Shown here piece by piece: positions 9,034 through 17,645 of a stretch of 58,362 bases of DNA; position 1 is the stretch's first letter; every line of letters begins with the position of its first letter. The DNA is from Candidatus Latescibacterota bacterium. GTDB taxonomy: Bacteria; Latescibacterota; Latescibacteria; Latescibacterales; Latescibacteraceae. Position numbers and translations under genes: made by a program. Under the pieces are notes generated by a model, which saw only the letters and a program-made list of their open reading frames with translations, searched no databases and had not been told where the DNA came from. The stretch spans positions 1 to 58,362 of the forward strand of contig JAWLHT010000001.1 in NCBI GenBank assembly GCA_041690195.1. The letters run 5' to 3'.

Positions 9034-9156
9034 CGAAACGATTTCTCCTTCTTGAAAGATTTCTCTCGTAGAGACGCAGAGAGAAAAGAGAGCAAAACAT
9101 TTCTCTCGCAAAAACGCAAAGACATCAGGGAAAAAGATACGGGAAAGAAAGACGCA

Positions 9157-9210
9157 GGAAAAACACGAATGATAAAGCTGATGAAATTATTTCCATCAGC
9201 GTTATCATTC
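9157..9210 (-). terminator. AT-rich long hairpin plus U-tract between the aspartate aminotransferase gene and hisG
   Basis: Minus strand reads GAATGATAAcGCTGATGGAAataaTTTCATCAGCtTTATCATTC followed by GTGTTTTTCC. The stem is about 19 bp and is unusually AT-rich for this sequence. Confidence 0.55.
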
Positions 9211-9307
9211 CAATCACGTGCGTCACCGGTTCAGACCGGGGCGAGGCACTCCCCGTCCCCACGGTCTTTCTCCCTTTACACCTCTGTGCCCTTGCCCTTT
9301 TGTGCCT

Positions 9308-9351
9308 TCTTTTCATCTTTTCATCTTTTCACTCTGGCACTCTGGCACTCT
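9308..9351. repeat. two abutting 8-nt microsatellites
   Basis: (TCTTTTCA)x3 at 9308-9331 is followed immediately by (CTCTGGCA)x2.5 at 9332-9351. This lies directly 3' of the aminotransferase stop codon. Confidence 0.9.
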
Positions 9352-9354
9352 CTT

Positions 9355-10548
9355 TCAGTCCAGCGCCTTCAATCCGGCCTCGAAGCGGTCCAGCGCTTTC
9401 TCGATATTCGCCATTGAGATTGCATAGGACAACCGGACGAATCGGTCCGCGCCGAATCCGATGCCCGGAATAATGGCGATACGCTGGGAATCCAGCATAT
9501 AGTCGCAGAAATCAGCGGAGCCGCCGATCTTTTTACCCTGAAAACTCCGGCCGTATACGCCTGACACATCGGGGAAGGCATAGAATGCGCCTTCCGGCAT
9601 GAGGCAACTGACCCCTTCACATGAGTTGAGGCGATCCACCATGTACCTGCGACGACGGTCATACTCGGCGGTCCAATCGACGAGAAAGTCCTCGGAGCCG
9701 AGAAGTCCGGCCAGCGCCGCCTTTTGAGCGATGGAGGTCGGATTGGAGGTTTCCTGGCTCTGAACCGCATCCATGGCCTTGATGATCCATTCCGGTCCCG
9801 CGGTGTACCCGATACGCCATCCGGTCATGCTGTAGGCCTTGGAAACACCATTGACCGTGATGGTGTGCTTGAATATCTCATCGCCGAGCGACCCGATGGA
9901 CACATGCCGTTTGCCGTCATAGACCAGTTTTTCGTAAATTTCGTCGGAGAGAACATAAATTCCGGCTTCGACAATAACTTCCGCCAGCTCGCGCAGTTCC
10001 CCCTCCGAATAGAGCATTCCGGTGGGATTGGAGGGCGAGTTGAGCACCACGAGTTTGGTCCGCGGGGTGATGGCCTCGCGAAGCTGTTGCGCAGTTATTT
10101 TCAGCCCGTTCTCGGCTTTTCCCTCGACGATGACCGGAGTTCCGCCGGCAAGGAGGGTCATGTCCGGATAGGAAACCCAGTAGGGCGAGGGAATGATGAC
10201 CTCGTCACCGGGGCCCACGAGCACAAAAATTGCCAGAAAGTCGCTGTGCTTTGCACCGCAATTGATGATCACCTGGGACGGTGAATAGTTGAGCCCATTA
10301 TCCCGGCGGAATTTCTCACAGACCGCTTTTTTCAGGTCCATGATGCCCCCGGACGGGGTATACTTGGTGAAACCGGCCCGGATCGCCTCCACCGCCGCGT
10401 CGGCGATGTGTTTCGGGGTATCGAAGTCAGGCTCTCCGGCGCTCAGGGGTACGACATCGATACCCTGCGCTTTGAGGGCGTTCGCCTTGGCAGTGACCGC
10501 CAGGGTGATCGAGGGCTTGATCTTCTGTACGTTGGGCGAAAGGGTCAT
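9355..10548 (-). CDS. aspartate aminotransferase (class I PLP enzyme, AspB/AspC type)
   Basis: ORF trimmed to ATG 10548. Contains MTLSPNVQKIKPSITLAVTAKANALKAQGIDVVPLSAGEPDFDTP..SPSNPTG..VNGVSKAYSMTGWRIGY.. Confidence 0.85.
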   Translation of the reverse strand: MTLSPNVQKIKPSITLAVTAKANALKAQGIDVVPLSAGEPDFDTPKHIADAAVEAIRAGFTKYTPSGGIMDLKKAVCEKFRRDNGLNYSPSQVIINCGAKHSDFLAIFVLVGPGDEVIIPSPYWVSYPDMTLLAGGTPVIVEGKAENGLKITAQQLREAITPRTKLVVLNSPSNPTGMLYSEGELRELAEVIVEAGIYVLSDEIYEKLVYDGKRHVSIGSLGDEIFKHTITVNGVSKAYSMTGWRIGYTAGPEWIIKAMDAVQSQETSNPTSIAQKAALAGLLGSEDFLVDWTAEYDRRRRYMVDRLNSCEGVSCLMPEGAFYAFPDVSGVYGRSFQGKKIGGSADFCDYMLDSQRIAIIPGIGFGADRFVRLSYAISMANIEKALDRFEAGLKALD

Positions 10549-10568
10549 GGAGGCTCTTCTCCCTCTGG

Positions 10569-11771
10569 TCAAGTGGTGTATTCTGCGTTGATCTTGATGT
10601 ATTCGTGGGACAAATCTGTGGTATAGATGGTCGCCTCGGCTTGTCCCATACCGAGTCCGACCTCGACATCAATTTCACGGGCGGCGAGTTTCTTCCGCAT
10701 TTCCGCTTCCTCGAAGGGCGCCACCTTTCCGGTATCGAACAGTACAGAGCCGTTTATGGCAATGGTGGTCAGGGATTCGTCAATCGCAACCCCGGAGTAC
10801 CCCGCGGCGCAGATGATTCGGCCCCAGTTTGGATCGCAGCCGTAGAAAGCCGTCTTCACCAACGGCGAGTTGGCGATGGCCAGACCCACCTGACGGGCTT
10901 CCTCCTTGCTCGCCGCTCCGGAAACCCTGATGGCTATAAACTTGGTAGCGCCTTCTCCGTCCATAACCAGCATCCGAGCCACACGGAGACAAACTTCGGT
11001 CAGTCCTTCGGTAAAGGCATCGAAAGCCTTGGAGCGGCTCCGGAGCGTCGGATTGCCCGCCCTTCCATTCGCCAGCACAAACACCGTATCGTTGGTGGAC
11101 ATGTCCCCGTCAACGGTGATGCAGTTGAAACTGACGGCAACGGCATGGCGGAGAGCCTTCCGGAGCGCGGAAGGCTCTATGTCGGCATCCGTAGTGATGA
11201 AACAGAGCATGGTCGCCATATCCGGCCGGATCATCCCGGATCCTTTGGCAATGGCTCCGATACGCACGGGAACGTCACCCGCCTCGATTTCAACCGCGAC
11301 TTCCTTGGGCACGGTGTCGGTGGTCATGATGGCCCGTGCGGCGAGAGCTCCGCCTTCTGCCGAAAGAGCAGCCACCGCCCGGGGAATTCCCGCGACCGCT
11401 TTCTCGATGGGGAACGGCCGTCCGATAACCCCGGTTGAAGCGACCAGAACATCGGCTGGTTCGCATCCGAGCGCACGGGCGGTTTCCACGGTCATGGCCA
11501 AAGCAGCCGCGATGCCATCCTCGCCGTTGCAGGTATTGGCATTCCCGCTGTTGGCGACAATGGCGCGCGCGGCGCCGTTCTGAACATTACGGCGGCTCAC
11601 CAGCACCGGTGCGGCCTTGATACGGTTGGTGGTGAACATCCCGGCGCAGACTGCTGGCGTATCGGACGCGATAACCGTAAGGTCCGGACGGCTGGAATAC
11701 TTGATGGCGCACTCCGCCGTGCCTGCCCTGAAGCCACGGGGCGCGGTGATTCCTCCGACAATCTCTTTCAC
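10569..11771 (-). CDS. argJ: bifunctional ornithine acetyltransferase / N-acetylglutamate synthase
   Basis: ORF trimmed to GTG 11771, 14 nt after the upstream stop, with AAGGGA upstream. Contains ..GGITAPRGFRAGT..NSGNANTCNG..MATMLCFITTDA.. (the autoproteolytic ATML motif) ..CDPNWGRI.. Confidence 0.9.
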   Translation of the reverse strand: MKEIVGGITAPRGFRAGTAECAIKYSSRPDLTVIASDTPAVCAGMFTTNRIKAAPVLVSRRNVQNGAARAIVANSGNANTCNGEDGIAAALAMTVETARALGCEPADVLVASTGVIGRPFPIEKAVAGIPRAVAALSAEGGALAARAIMTTDTVPKEVAVEIEAGDVPVRIGAIAKGSGMIRPDMATMLCFITTDADIEPSALRKALRHAVAVSFNCITVDGDMSTNDTVFVLANGRAGNPTLRSRSKAFDAFTEGLTEVCLRVARMLVMDGEGATKFIAIRVSGAASKEEARQVGLAIANSPLVKTAFYGCDPNWGRIICAAGYSGVAIDESLTTIAINGSVLFDTGKVAPFEEAEMRKKLAAREIDVEVGLGMGQAEATIYTTDLSHEYIKINAEYTT

Positions 11772-11784
11772 ACCCGTTCCCTTC

Positions 11785-12966
11785 TTAGAATAGGCACTTC
11801 TTGATATTCCGTACGGCCTGATTGATCCGGTGCTCGTTCTCCACGAGCGCAATCCGTACATACCCTTCACCGAGTCCGCCGAATGCAATTCCGGGAGAAA
11901 CCACCACTCCGGCCTCTGTAAGGAGTTTCATGGAGAAGTCCATCGAACCCATGTGACGATACTTTTCAGGTATGGGAGCCCAGATATACATGGTCGCCTT
12001 GGGACGGGGAACTTCCCACCCGATCTTCTTGAGACCGTCCACGAAAGTATCACGGCGCTTCTGGTAAGCTTTCACCGTTTCCGTGACCACATCCTGCGGA
12101 CCGTCCAGCGCGGCTATGGCCGATACCTGCACCGGAGTAAAAATACCGTAATCGAAGTACCCTTTGATACTGTAGAGGTCCTGAATCACGTTGGCGTTTC
12201 CGACCGCGAACCCCGCCCTCCATCCGGCCATGCTGTAAACCTTGGACATGGTTACAAACTCCACCGCGATATCTTTGGCCCCGGGGACCTGAAGGATGCT
12301 GGGAGGAGTATATCCGTCAAAGCCGAGATGGGCGTATGCGAAGTCGTGTACGATGATGGTATTCGTCCGCTTGGCGAATTCCACCACTTCGCCGAAAAAG
12401 TCAAGGTCCACGCTGGCCGTGGTCGGGTTGTGCGGGAAAGAGAGCACCATGACTTTCGGCTTGGGCCAGATTTCCCGGGAAATATCCTCCATCGCGGGCA
12501 GGAATCCGGTTTTTGCGGTGAGCGGCACAGCCACAACATTGCCGCCCGCGATCACCACACTGTAGATATGCACCGGAAAAGTCGGATTGGTGACCATCAC
12601 CGAGTCGCCGGGATCAAGGAGCGCGAGCATGAGGTGGGAAAGCCCCTCCTTGGAACCGAGCAGAGCAATGGCTTCCGTGTTCCAGTCGAGGTCCACGTTA
12701 TAATAGTTCTTGTAGTGCCGGCAGATGGCCTTCCGCATATTGGGAATGCCCCGGCTCGCGGAGTATCGGTGCGTCTTGACATCACACACCGTTTCACGGA
12801 GTTTCTCAACCACATGCGGAGGTGTCGGGATATTGGGATTCCCCATCCCGAAGTCGATAATGTCAATGCCTTCCTGGCGCATCTTCAGCTTGGCGTCGTT
12901 CAGACGGCCGAAAAGGTACGGGGGAAGTTTCTCCAGGCGCGCGGTTCGTTTGTGCTGTATACTCAT
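11785..12966 (-). CDS. class I aminotransferase closely resembling E. coli AlaC/YfdZ (glutamate-pyruvate aminotransferase)
   Basis: ORF trimmed to ATG 12966. The stretch LEKLPPYLFGRLNDAKLKMRQEGIDIIDFGMGNPNIPTPPHVVEKL..SRGIPNMRKAI..GSKEGLSHLMLALLDPGD parallels the AlaC N-terminus as I recall it. Confidence 0.75.
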   Translation of the reverse strand: MSIQHKRTARLEKLPPYLFGRLNDAKLKMRQEGIDIIDFGMGNPNIPTPPHVVEKLRETVCDVKTHRYSASRGIPNMRKAICRHYKNYYNVDLDWNTEAIALLGSKEGLSHLMLALLDPGDSVMVTNPTFPVHIYSVVIAGGNVVAVPLTAKTGFLPAMEDISREIWPKPKVMVLSFPHNPTTASVDLDFFGEVVEFAKRTNTIIVHDFAYAHLGFDGYTPPSILQVPGAKDIAVEFVTMSKVYSMAGWRAGFAVGNANVIQDLYSIKGYFDYGIFTPVQVSAIAALDGPQDVVTETVKAYQKRRDTFVDGLKKIGWEVPRPKATMYIWAPIPEKYRHMGSMDFSMKLLTEAGVVVSPGIAFGGLGEGYVRIALVENEHRINQAVRNIKKCLF

Positions 12967-13314
12967 GCCGTGCGAATCACCTTTCTGAAACTGGACGGTT
13001 AACCGTTCAGGCGACGGAGTGTATCCGTCGTTTCGGATCGTGCATCCGGGCTTCCCATCGCACGGAAAAGCACCGGCGTAATACCCTGCATCCGGACCGA
13101 TTCGCACCGTTCGCTCCGAAACGGGGTTGCTGCAATCTATCCATGCCGGAATTCCAATACGTCACACACGTCGGGCCAATACCGGCGAATCACTTCATAC
13201 ACAGAAATACCGGAGTCAGAATCCGGAATCAACAAAAAACATCACCACGCGCTCATTTCATTTCGGAAGGCGGGAAACCAGCTCACCGGCCTCCCGGGAC
13301 ATGATGCCGACCGT

Positions 13315-14916
13315 TCAGGCGGAAAGATTTGCGTCAGGGGCGGATTTCCGCTTCCGCTCATCAAGCACGAGCTTATAGGTAAGACTATCCACAAGAGCGA
13401 TATAGGAGGCCTCAATGACATTTTCGGACACTCCAACGGTACCCCAGACCGTGTCGCCGTCGGTTGACTCGATGAGCACCCGCACCCGAGCCTCGGTGCC
13501 ATCATCGGAGCCAAGCACGCGGACTTTGTAATCCTCCAGTCGCACCGATGCCAGAGAAGGAAAAAACCGGTTGAGCGCCTTGCGAAGAGCGCTGTTCAGG
13601 GAGTCCACCGGACCATGCCCCTCAGCAGCGGTATGCTCCTGCTGCCCGCCCACCGTAAGTTTGATGGTAGCTTCGCTGACCATCACCCCGTCATCCCTGC
13701 GATCGGTTATGACCCGGAAGCCCCCTAGTGTAAAAGGCGCCTGATATCCGTCAATTATCCGGGCCGCGAGAAGCTCAAAGGAGCCCTGAGCTGCTTCGTA
13801 CTGATATCCCTGGTGCTCCTTCTGCTTCAGTTCCGCGAGCACCGCCCTTACCCGGGGACCGTTTTTTTCCAGCCCCTTGTACACACCGTTGAGCTTGGTC
13901 ATGACAGTCGCGCCACCGGACTGGTCGGAAAGCAGGAATCGCCGCTGGTTTCCGGTGCGTTCCGGATCAACGTGTTCGAAAGTCCGGGGGTTTTTCAGGA
14001 CGCCGTCAATGTGGGCGCCGCCCTTATGGGCGAAAGCGCTCTCCCCGACATAGGGCTGGCGGTGATTGTGCGCCTCGTTGGCGATCTCTGAAACGAAACG
14101 GGAAAGCGCCATCAGGCCGGAAAGTTTCTTTTCCGGAATACACTCAAATCCCAGCTTCAGCCTGATATTCGGGATTGTGGTACAGAGATTGTCGTTGCCG
14201 CACCGTTCTCCAATGCCGTTGATGGTGCCCTGAACATGCGAAGCGCCATGCGCCACGCCAATAAGGGTATTGGCCGGGCTCATTCCCCCGTCGTTGTGGC
14301 AGTGCATTCCAAAGGGAATCCCCACAAAGGGACGAACCACATCACAGACGTCCCCAATTTCCGAAGGCATACTCCCACCGTTGGTATCACAGAGCACAAC
14401 AATGTCCGCGCCCCCCTCGACCGCCGCGCGCAGCGTCTTGAGCGCATACTCGGAAGATGCCTTGTACCCATCGAAAAAGTGCTCGGCATCATACACCACG
14501 TGCCGACCCGCGTTTTTGAGAAAACGAACGGAATCCTCGATAAGGCGGAGATTATCCTCCAGGGACACGCGGAGCACCTCCAGGACATGCAAATCCCAGC
14601 TTTTCCCGAAAATGGTGACCACCTCGGTATCCGCGTCCAGGAGGGTACGGAGAATGGGATCTTTTTCCGGAGGGTTGGCGGCGCGGCGGGTGGACCCGAA
14701 CGCCGCGACTTTCGCTGTGGAGAGATTCAGGCGACGGACTTCCCGGAAGAACTCCATGTCCTTCGGATTGGTGGGATTAGGCCACCCGCCCTCAATATAG
14801 TGCACTCCGGTCCGGTCCAGCCGCTCGGCGATGAGAAGTTTGTCTTCCAGACTGAAACTGATCGCTTCCGCCTGGGCGCCGTCGCGCAGCGTGGAGTCGT
14901 ATATTTCCACCCGCAT
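13315..14916 (-). CDS. cimA: (R)-citramalate synthase
   Basis: 533-aa ORF beginning MRVEIYDSTLRDGAQAEAISFSLEDKLLIAERLDRTGVHYIEGGWP.., with ..HCHNDGGM.. and a LeuA-dimer-like regulatory C-terminus. It is distinct from the leuA paralog at 18908. Confidence 0.8.
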   Translation of the reverse strand: MRVEIYDSTLRDGAQAEAISFSLEDKLLIAERLDRTGVHYIEGGWPNPTNPKDMEFFREVRRLNLSTAKVAAFGSTRRAANPPEKDPILRTLLDADTEVVTIFGKSWDLHVLEVLRVSLEDNLRLIEDSVRFLKNAGRHVVYDAEHFFDGYKASSEYALKTLRAAVEGGADIVVLCDTNGGSMPSEIGDVCDVVRPFVGIPFGMHCHNDGGMSPANTLIGVAHGASHVQGTINGIGERCGNDNLCTTIPNIRLKLGFECIPEKKLSGLMALSRFVSEIANEAHNHRQPYVGESAFAHKGGAHIDGVLKNPRTFEHVDPERTGNQRRFLLSDQSGGATVMTKLNGVYKGLEKNGPRVRAVLAELKQKEHQGYQYEAAQGSFELLAARIIDGYQAPFTLGGFRVITDRRDDGVMVSEATIKLTVGGQQEHTAAEGHGPVDSLNSALRKALNRFFPSLASVRLEDYKVRVLGSDDGTEARVRVLIESTDGDTVWGTVGVSENVIEASYIALVDSLTYKLVLDERKRKSAPDANLSA

Positions 14917-14946
14917 TTCCGTATTCCTCTATGTATTCCGGTCAAA

Positions 14947-15306
14947 TCACCGTACGTTGTAGCCGTTGTCACCGTAAGGCGCGCACTTCTCCAGCCACAT
15001 TTCTTCGAGAAGCTTCAGATCGTCCCTCAGCGCCGTATCGGAATCGTACTCCCCCTCGAGCAGTTCGAGCACCTCGAAAGCGAAGCTGTCCCTGCCAAAT
15101 TCCTTCACATCCGCAATCAACGCCGGAAGCTCGTGGCTGTCCAGAAAGGCGAATCCCGCCTTGTGGCGGTTGATCCGCGCGTTCACATTCACGCTTGACC
15201 CGATGAATATCTTTCCGTTGACCGTATTCTTAATCCGGTACACGCCTGCGGCAGGGCGGTTCTCCTTGTACTCCCGCTTGAGCTCAGCCTGTCTCGATTT
15301 GTCCAT
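14947..15306 (-). CDS. stand-alone GIY-YIG domain protein
   Basis: ORF trimmed to ATG 15306 (MDKSRQAELKREYKE..). AGVYRIKNTVNGKIFIGSSVNVNARINRH carries the GIY..YIG..R core. It is ~120 aa with no extra DNA-binding domain. Confidence 0.7.
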   Translation of the reverse strand: MDKSRQAELKREYKENRPAAGVYRIKNTVNGKIFIGSSVNVNARINRHKAGFAFLDSHELPALIADVKEFGRDSFAFEVLELLEGEYDSDTALRDDLKLLEEMWLEKCAPYGDNGYNVR

Positions 15307-15408
15307 CCGCACTCCTCCATCTCCCGTACGGCCTGGAAGAATATCCCGTAACAATCGACCGGGCCGCGGAGAATTTTAAAGCTTTCCCCGTCCCGGTCCG
15401 GCTCGTAC

Positions 15409-15436
15409 CCCGCCCTTCCATGCGGGGAAGGGCGGG
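15409..15436 (-). other. GC-rich intercistronic hairpin between leuB and the GIY-YIG gene
   Basis: CCCGCCCTTCC-ATGCGG-GGAAGGGCGGG forms an 11-bp perfect stem. There is no U-tract. Confidence 0.7.
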
Positions 15437-15467
15437 ACGAACGATTCGCCGAAGATGAAACGGGGCG

Positions 15468-16529
15468 CTACAGTTTTTCGATTTCCTCGCAGACGGCATC
15501 GCCGACTTCCGAGGTGGTCATGCCCATCCTTCCGGCAGCCATGCTCTTCATCCGTCTGGAAATAACCTCGATGCAGGCTTTCTCCAGTATTTCAGCTCCC
15601 CGGACTTCGCCCATCTGGTCGAGCATCATCTGCGCGCTCATGATCGCGGCCATGGGATTGATCTTGCCGGTGCCGGTGTACTTCGGCGCACTGCCGCCGA
15701 TGGGCTCATACATGGAGACACCCTCTGGATTCAGGTTGCCGCCGGCGGCGATGCCCATGCCGCCTTGAATCACCGCGCCGAGGTCGGTGATGATGTCACC
15801 GAACATGTTATCGGTCACAATGACGTCAAACCACTCGGGATTCTTCACCATCCACATGCAGGTGGCGTCAACATGGGCGTAATCGCGGGTGATATCAGGG
15901 TAGTCCTTCTCGCCGACTTCATTGAAGGTCCGCCACCAGAGGTCCCAGGCGAAGGTGAGGACGTTGGTCTTGCCGCAAAGGGTGACCTTCTTGTCCTTGT
16001 TCCGCTTGCGGGCGAGCTCGAACCCGAAGCGGATGCAGCGTTCCACACCCTTGCGGGTGTTTACGGATTCCTGGACCGCGACCTCGTCCGGGGTACCCTT
16101 CTTCATAAAGCCTCCGGTTCCGACATAGAGGCCTTCTGTGTTCTCGCGAACGACGACGAAGTCGATATCCTTCGGTCCTTTACCGGCCAAGGGGGTTTCC
16201 ACACCCTCGTACAGCTTTACCGGACGAAGATTGATATACTGGTCCAGCGCGAACCGCAGGTGAAGGAGAATCCCTTTTTCAAGGATACCCGGCTTCACGT
16301 CGGGGTGACCAATAGCTCCGAGGAGAACGGCGTCAAACTTTTTCAGCGTCTCGGGCGCATCTTCCGGAAGCACTTCGCCGGTGCGCAGATACCGCTCGCC
16401 GCCCCAGTCGAAGGACTGGGTTTCATACTCGAAGCCGACTTTTTTCGAAACTACCGCGAGGCACTTCAACGCTTCGGCCACCACCTCCGGTCCAGTCCCG
16501 TCTCCACCGATCACCGCGATCTTTTTCAC
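15468..16529 (-). CDS. leuB: 3-isopropylmalate dehydrogenase
   Basis: 353-aa ORF with a GTG start behind AGGAGG. Contains [49 protein letters not shown].. Confidence 0.9.
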   Translation of the reverse strand: MKKIAVIGGDGTGPEVVAEALKCLAVVSKKVGFEYETQSFDWGGERYLRTGEVLPEDAPETLKKFDAVLLGAIGHPDVKPGILEKGILLHLRFALDQYINLRPVKLYEGVETPLAGKGPKDIDFVVVRENTEGLYVGTGGFMKKGTPDEVAVQESVNTRKGVERCIRFGFELARKRNKDKKVTLCGKTNVLTFAWDLWWRTFNEVGEKDYPDITRDYAHVDATCMWMVKNPEWFDVIVTDNMFGDIITDLGAVIQGGMGIAAGGNLNPEGVSMYEPIGGSAPKYTGTGKINPMAAIMSAQMMLDQMGEVRGAEILEKACIEVISRRMKSMAAGRMGMTTSEVGDAVCEEIEKL

Positions 16530-16564
16530 CGCTTCCTCCTCATTTCGGGCATGTAATCATGCAG

Positions 16565-16987
16565 TTATATGCACTTCTTCTTGTACTCGATGAGAACATA
16601 TGCATCGTTCAACCGCCCATGACCATGGATCGTCAATACCAGCGGCCTCAGTTTCCCGATGAGTTTCGCCGATGCAAACTGTTCCTTTACGGCAGCATCG
16701 ATGTCAAGAGCCGGAATACCCGTCCCGGTTTTCTCGGTAAAATAGAATCCCACCGTAAAACAACCATCATAGACCGCGAGCCAGAATACGGTCTTTTTCC
16801 GGAACGTTACCTTGCAAAGCCAGCTCTTGCCATCCCTGTAGTACTTCCAAAGACAGGCGCAACCGATGCTTTCGGACTGGATTGCACTGACGAATTCGGA
16901 ATACGCCGGGAAGGTATCGCCCAGTGCGGAGCTTAGAACCCCTTCATCCGGGTATATGGCCTCGTCAACCAGGACTGGCTGCCTCAT
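16565..16987 (-). CDS. DUF3788 domain protein
   Basis: 140-aa ORF. The stretch ..GKSWLCKVTFRKKTVFWLAVYDGCFTVGFYFTEK.. matches my recollection of the DUF3788 family. It sits between leuD and leuB. Confidence 0.6.
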   Translation of the reverse strand: MRQPVLVDEAIYPDEGVLSSALGDTFPAYSEFVSAIQSESIGCACLWKYYRDGKSWLCKVTFRKKTVFWLAVYDGCFTVGFYFTEKTGTGIPALDIDAAVKEQFASAKLIGKLRPLVLTIHGHGRLNDAYVLIEYKKKCI

Positions 16988-17041
16988 CTATCTCTCCAGA
17001 AGCGCCGAAACAATTCATACCATGTCGCACGGGAATGCAGT

Positions 17042-17524
17042 TTACGATTTCTTAATCGACTGCAGCAGTCCGCCCGCCCGGGCGATTTTCAAAGCGAAGT
17101 CGGGCAATGGAACGAACCGGAACTCCCTTCCGGAAGTCAGATTCCGGAGAACCCCACCCGTGAGGTCGATATCAAGCTCGTCGCCGGTTTTGACCTCTTC
17201 CGCAATCCCTTTGCACTCCACCACGGCGTAGCCGTTGTTGATGGCGTTCCGGTAGAAAATACGGGCAAAGCTCTCAGCCACGACGCAGGCCACGCCCGCG
17301 CCCCGGAGTGCCCAGACCGCATGCTCCCGGGAGGAACCGCAGCCGAAATCTTCTTTCGCCACAATGATATCGCCGGGTTTCATCTTTTTCAGGAAGTCGG
17401 CGTCGATGTCCTCCATGGCATGGAGGGCCAGTTCGCTCTCGCTGTCCGTGTTCAGGTAGCGGGCGGGTATGATCTCGTCGGTATTGATATGGTCACGCGG
17501 ATAAACGTGCGCCTTGCCTTTCAT
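17042..17524 (-). CDS. leuD: 3-isopropylmalate dehydratase small subunit
   Basis: ORF trimmed to ATG 17524. Contains MKGKAHVYPRDHINTDEIIPARYL..GDIIVAKEDFGCGSSREHAVWAL.. Confidence 0.9.
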   Translation of the reverse strand: MKGKAHVYPRDHINTDEIIPARYLNTDSESELALHAMEDIDADFLKKMKPGDIIVAKEDFGCGSSREHAVWALRGAGVACVVAESFARIFYRNAINNGYAVVECKGIAEEVKTGDELDIDLTGGVLRNLTSGREFRFVPLPDFALKIARAGGLLQSIKKS

Positions 17525-17547
17525 CGTCTTCTCCCTTGAACTGCATC

Positions 17548-17632
17548 CGTTCCCTCCGGTGAACACCGGCGGGGAACGATTCGTTCCATATGTATTGTCC
17601 CCCGCCCGCTCCGGCTCGCGGATCGGGCGGGG
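17548..17632 (-). repeat. two GC-rich hairpins filling the leuC-leuD spacer (REP-like)
   Basis: Hairpin 1 spans 17548-17578 (CGTTCCCTCCGGTG..CACCGGCGGGGAACG). Hairpin 2 spans 17600-17632 (CCCCGCCCG..CGGGCGGGG). Sequence words are shared with spacers at 1566-1592 and 15397-15450. Confidence 0.65.
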
Positions 17633-17645
17633 ATGGAAGCGTTTC

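Noticed and set aside
9034-9354. His-codon leader peptide or T-box upstream of hisG
   Set aside because: No run of CAC/CAT codons occurs in any minus-strand frame, and there is no T-box motif. ORF 9125..9316 (63 aa) is Arg/Lys-rich junk spanning the hairpin.
8293-9417. 374-aa plus-strand ORF opposite hisG
   Set aside because: Antisense to an unambiguous hisG. It runs into the repeat-rich spacer and has shadow-ORF composition.
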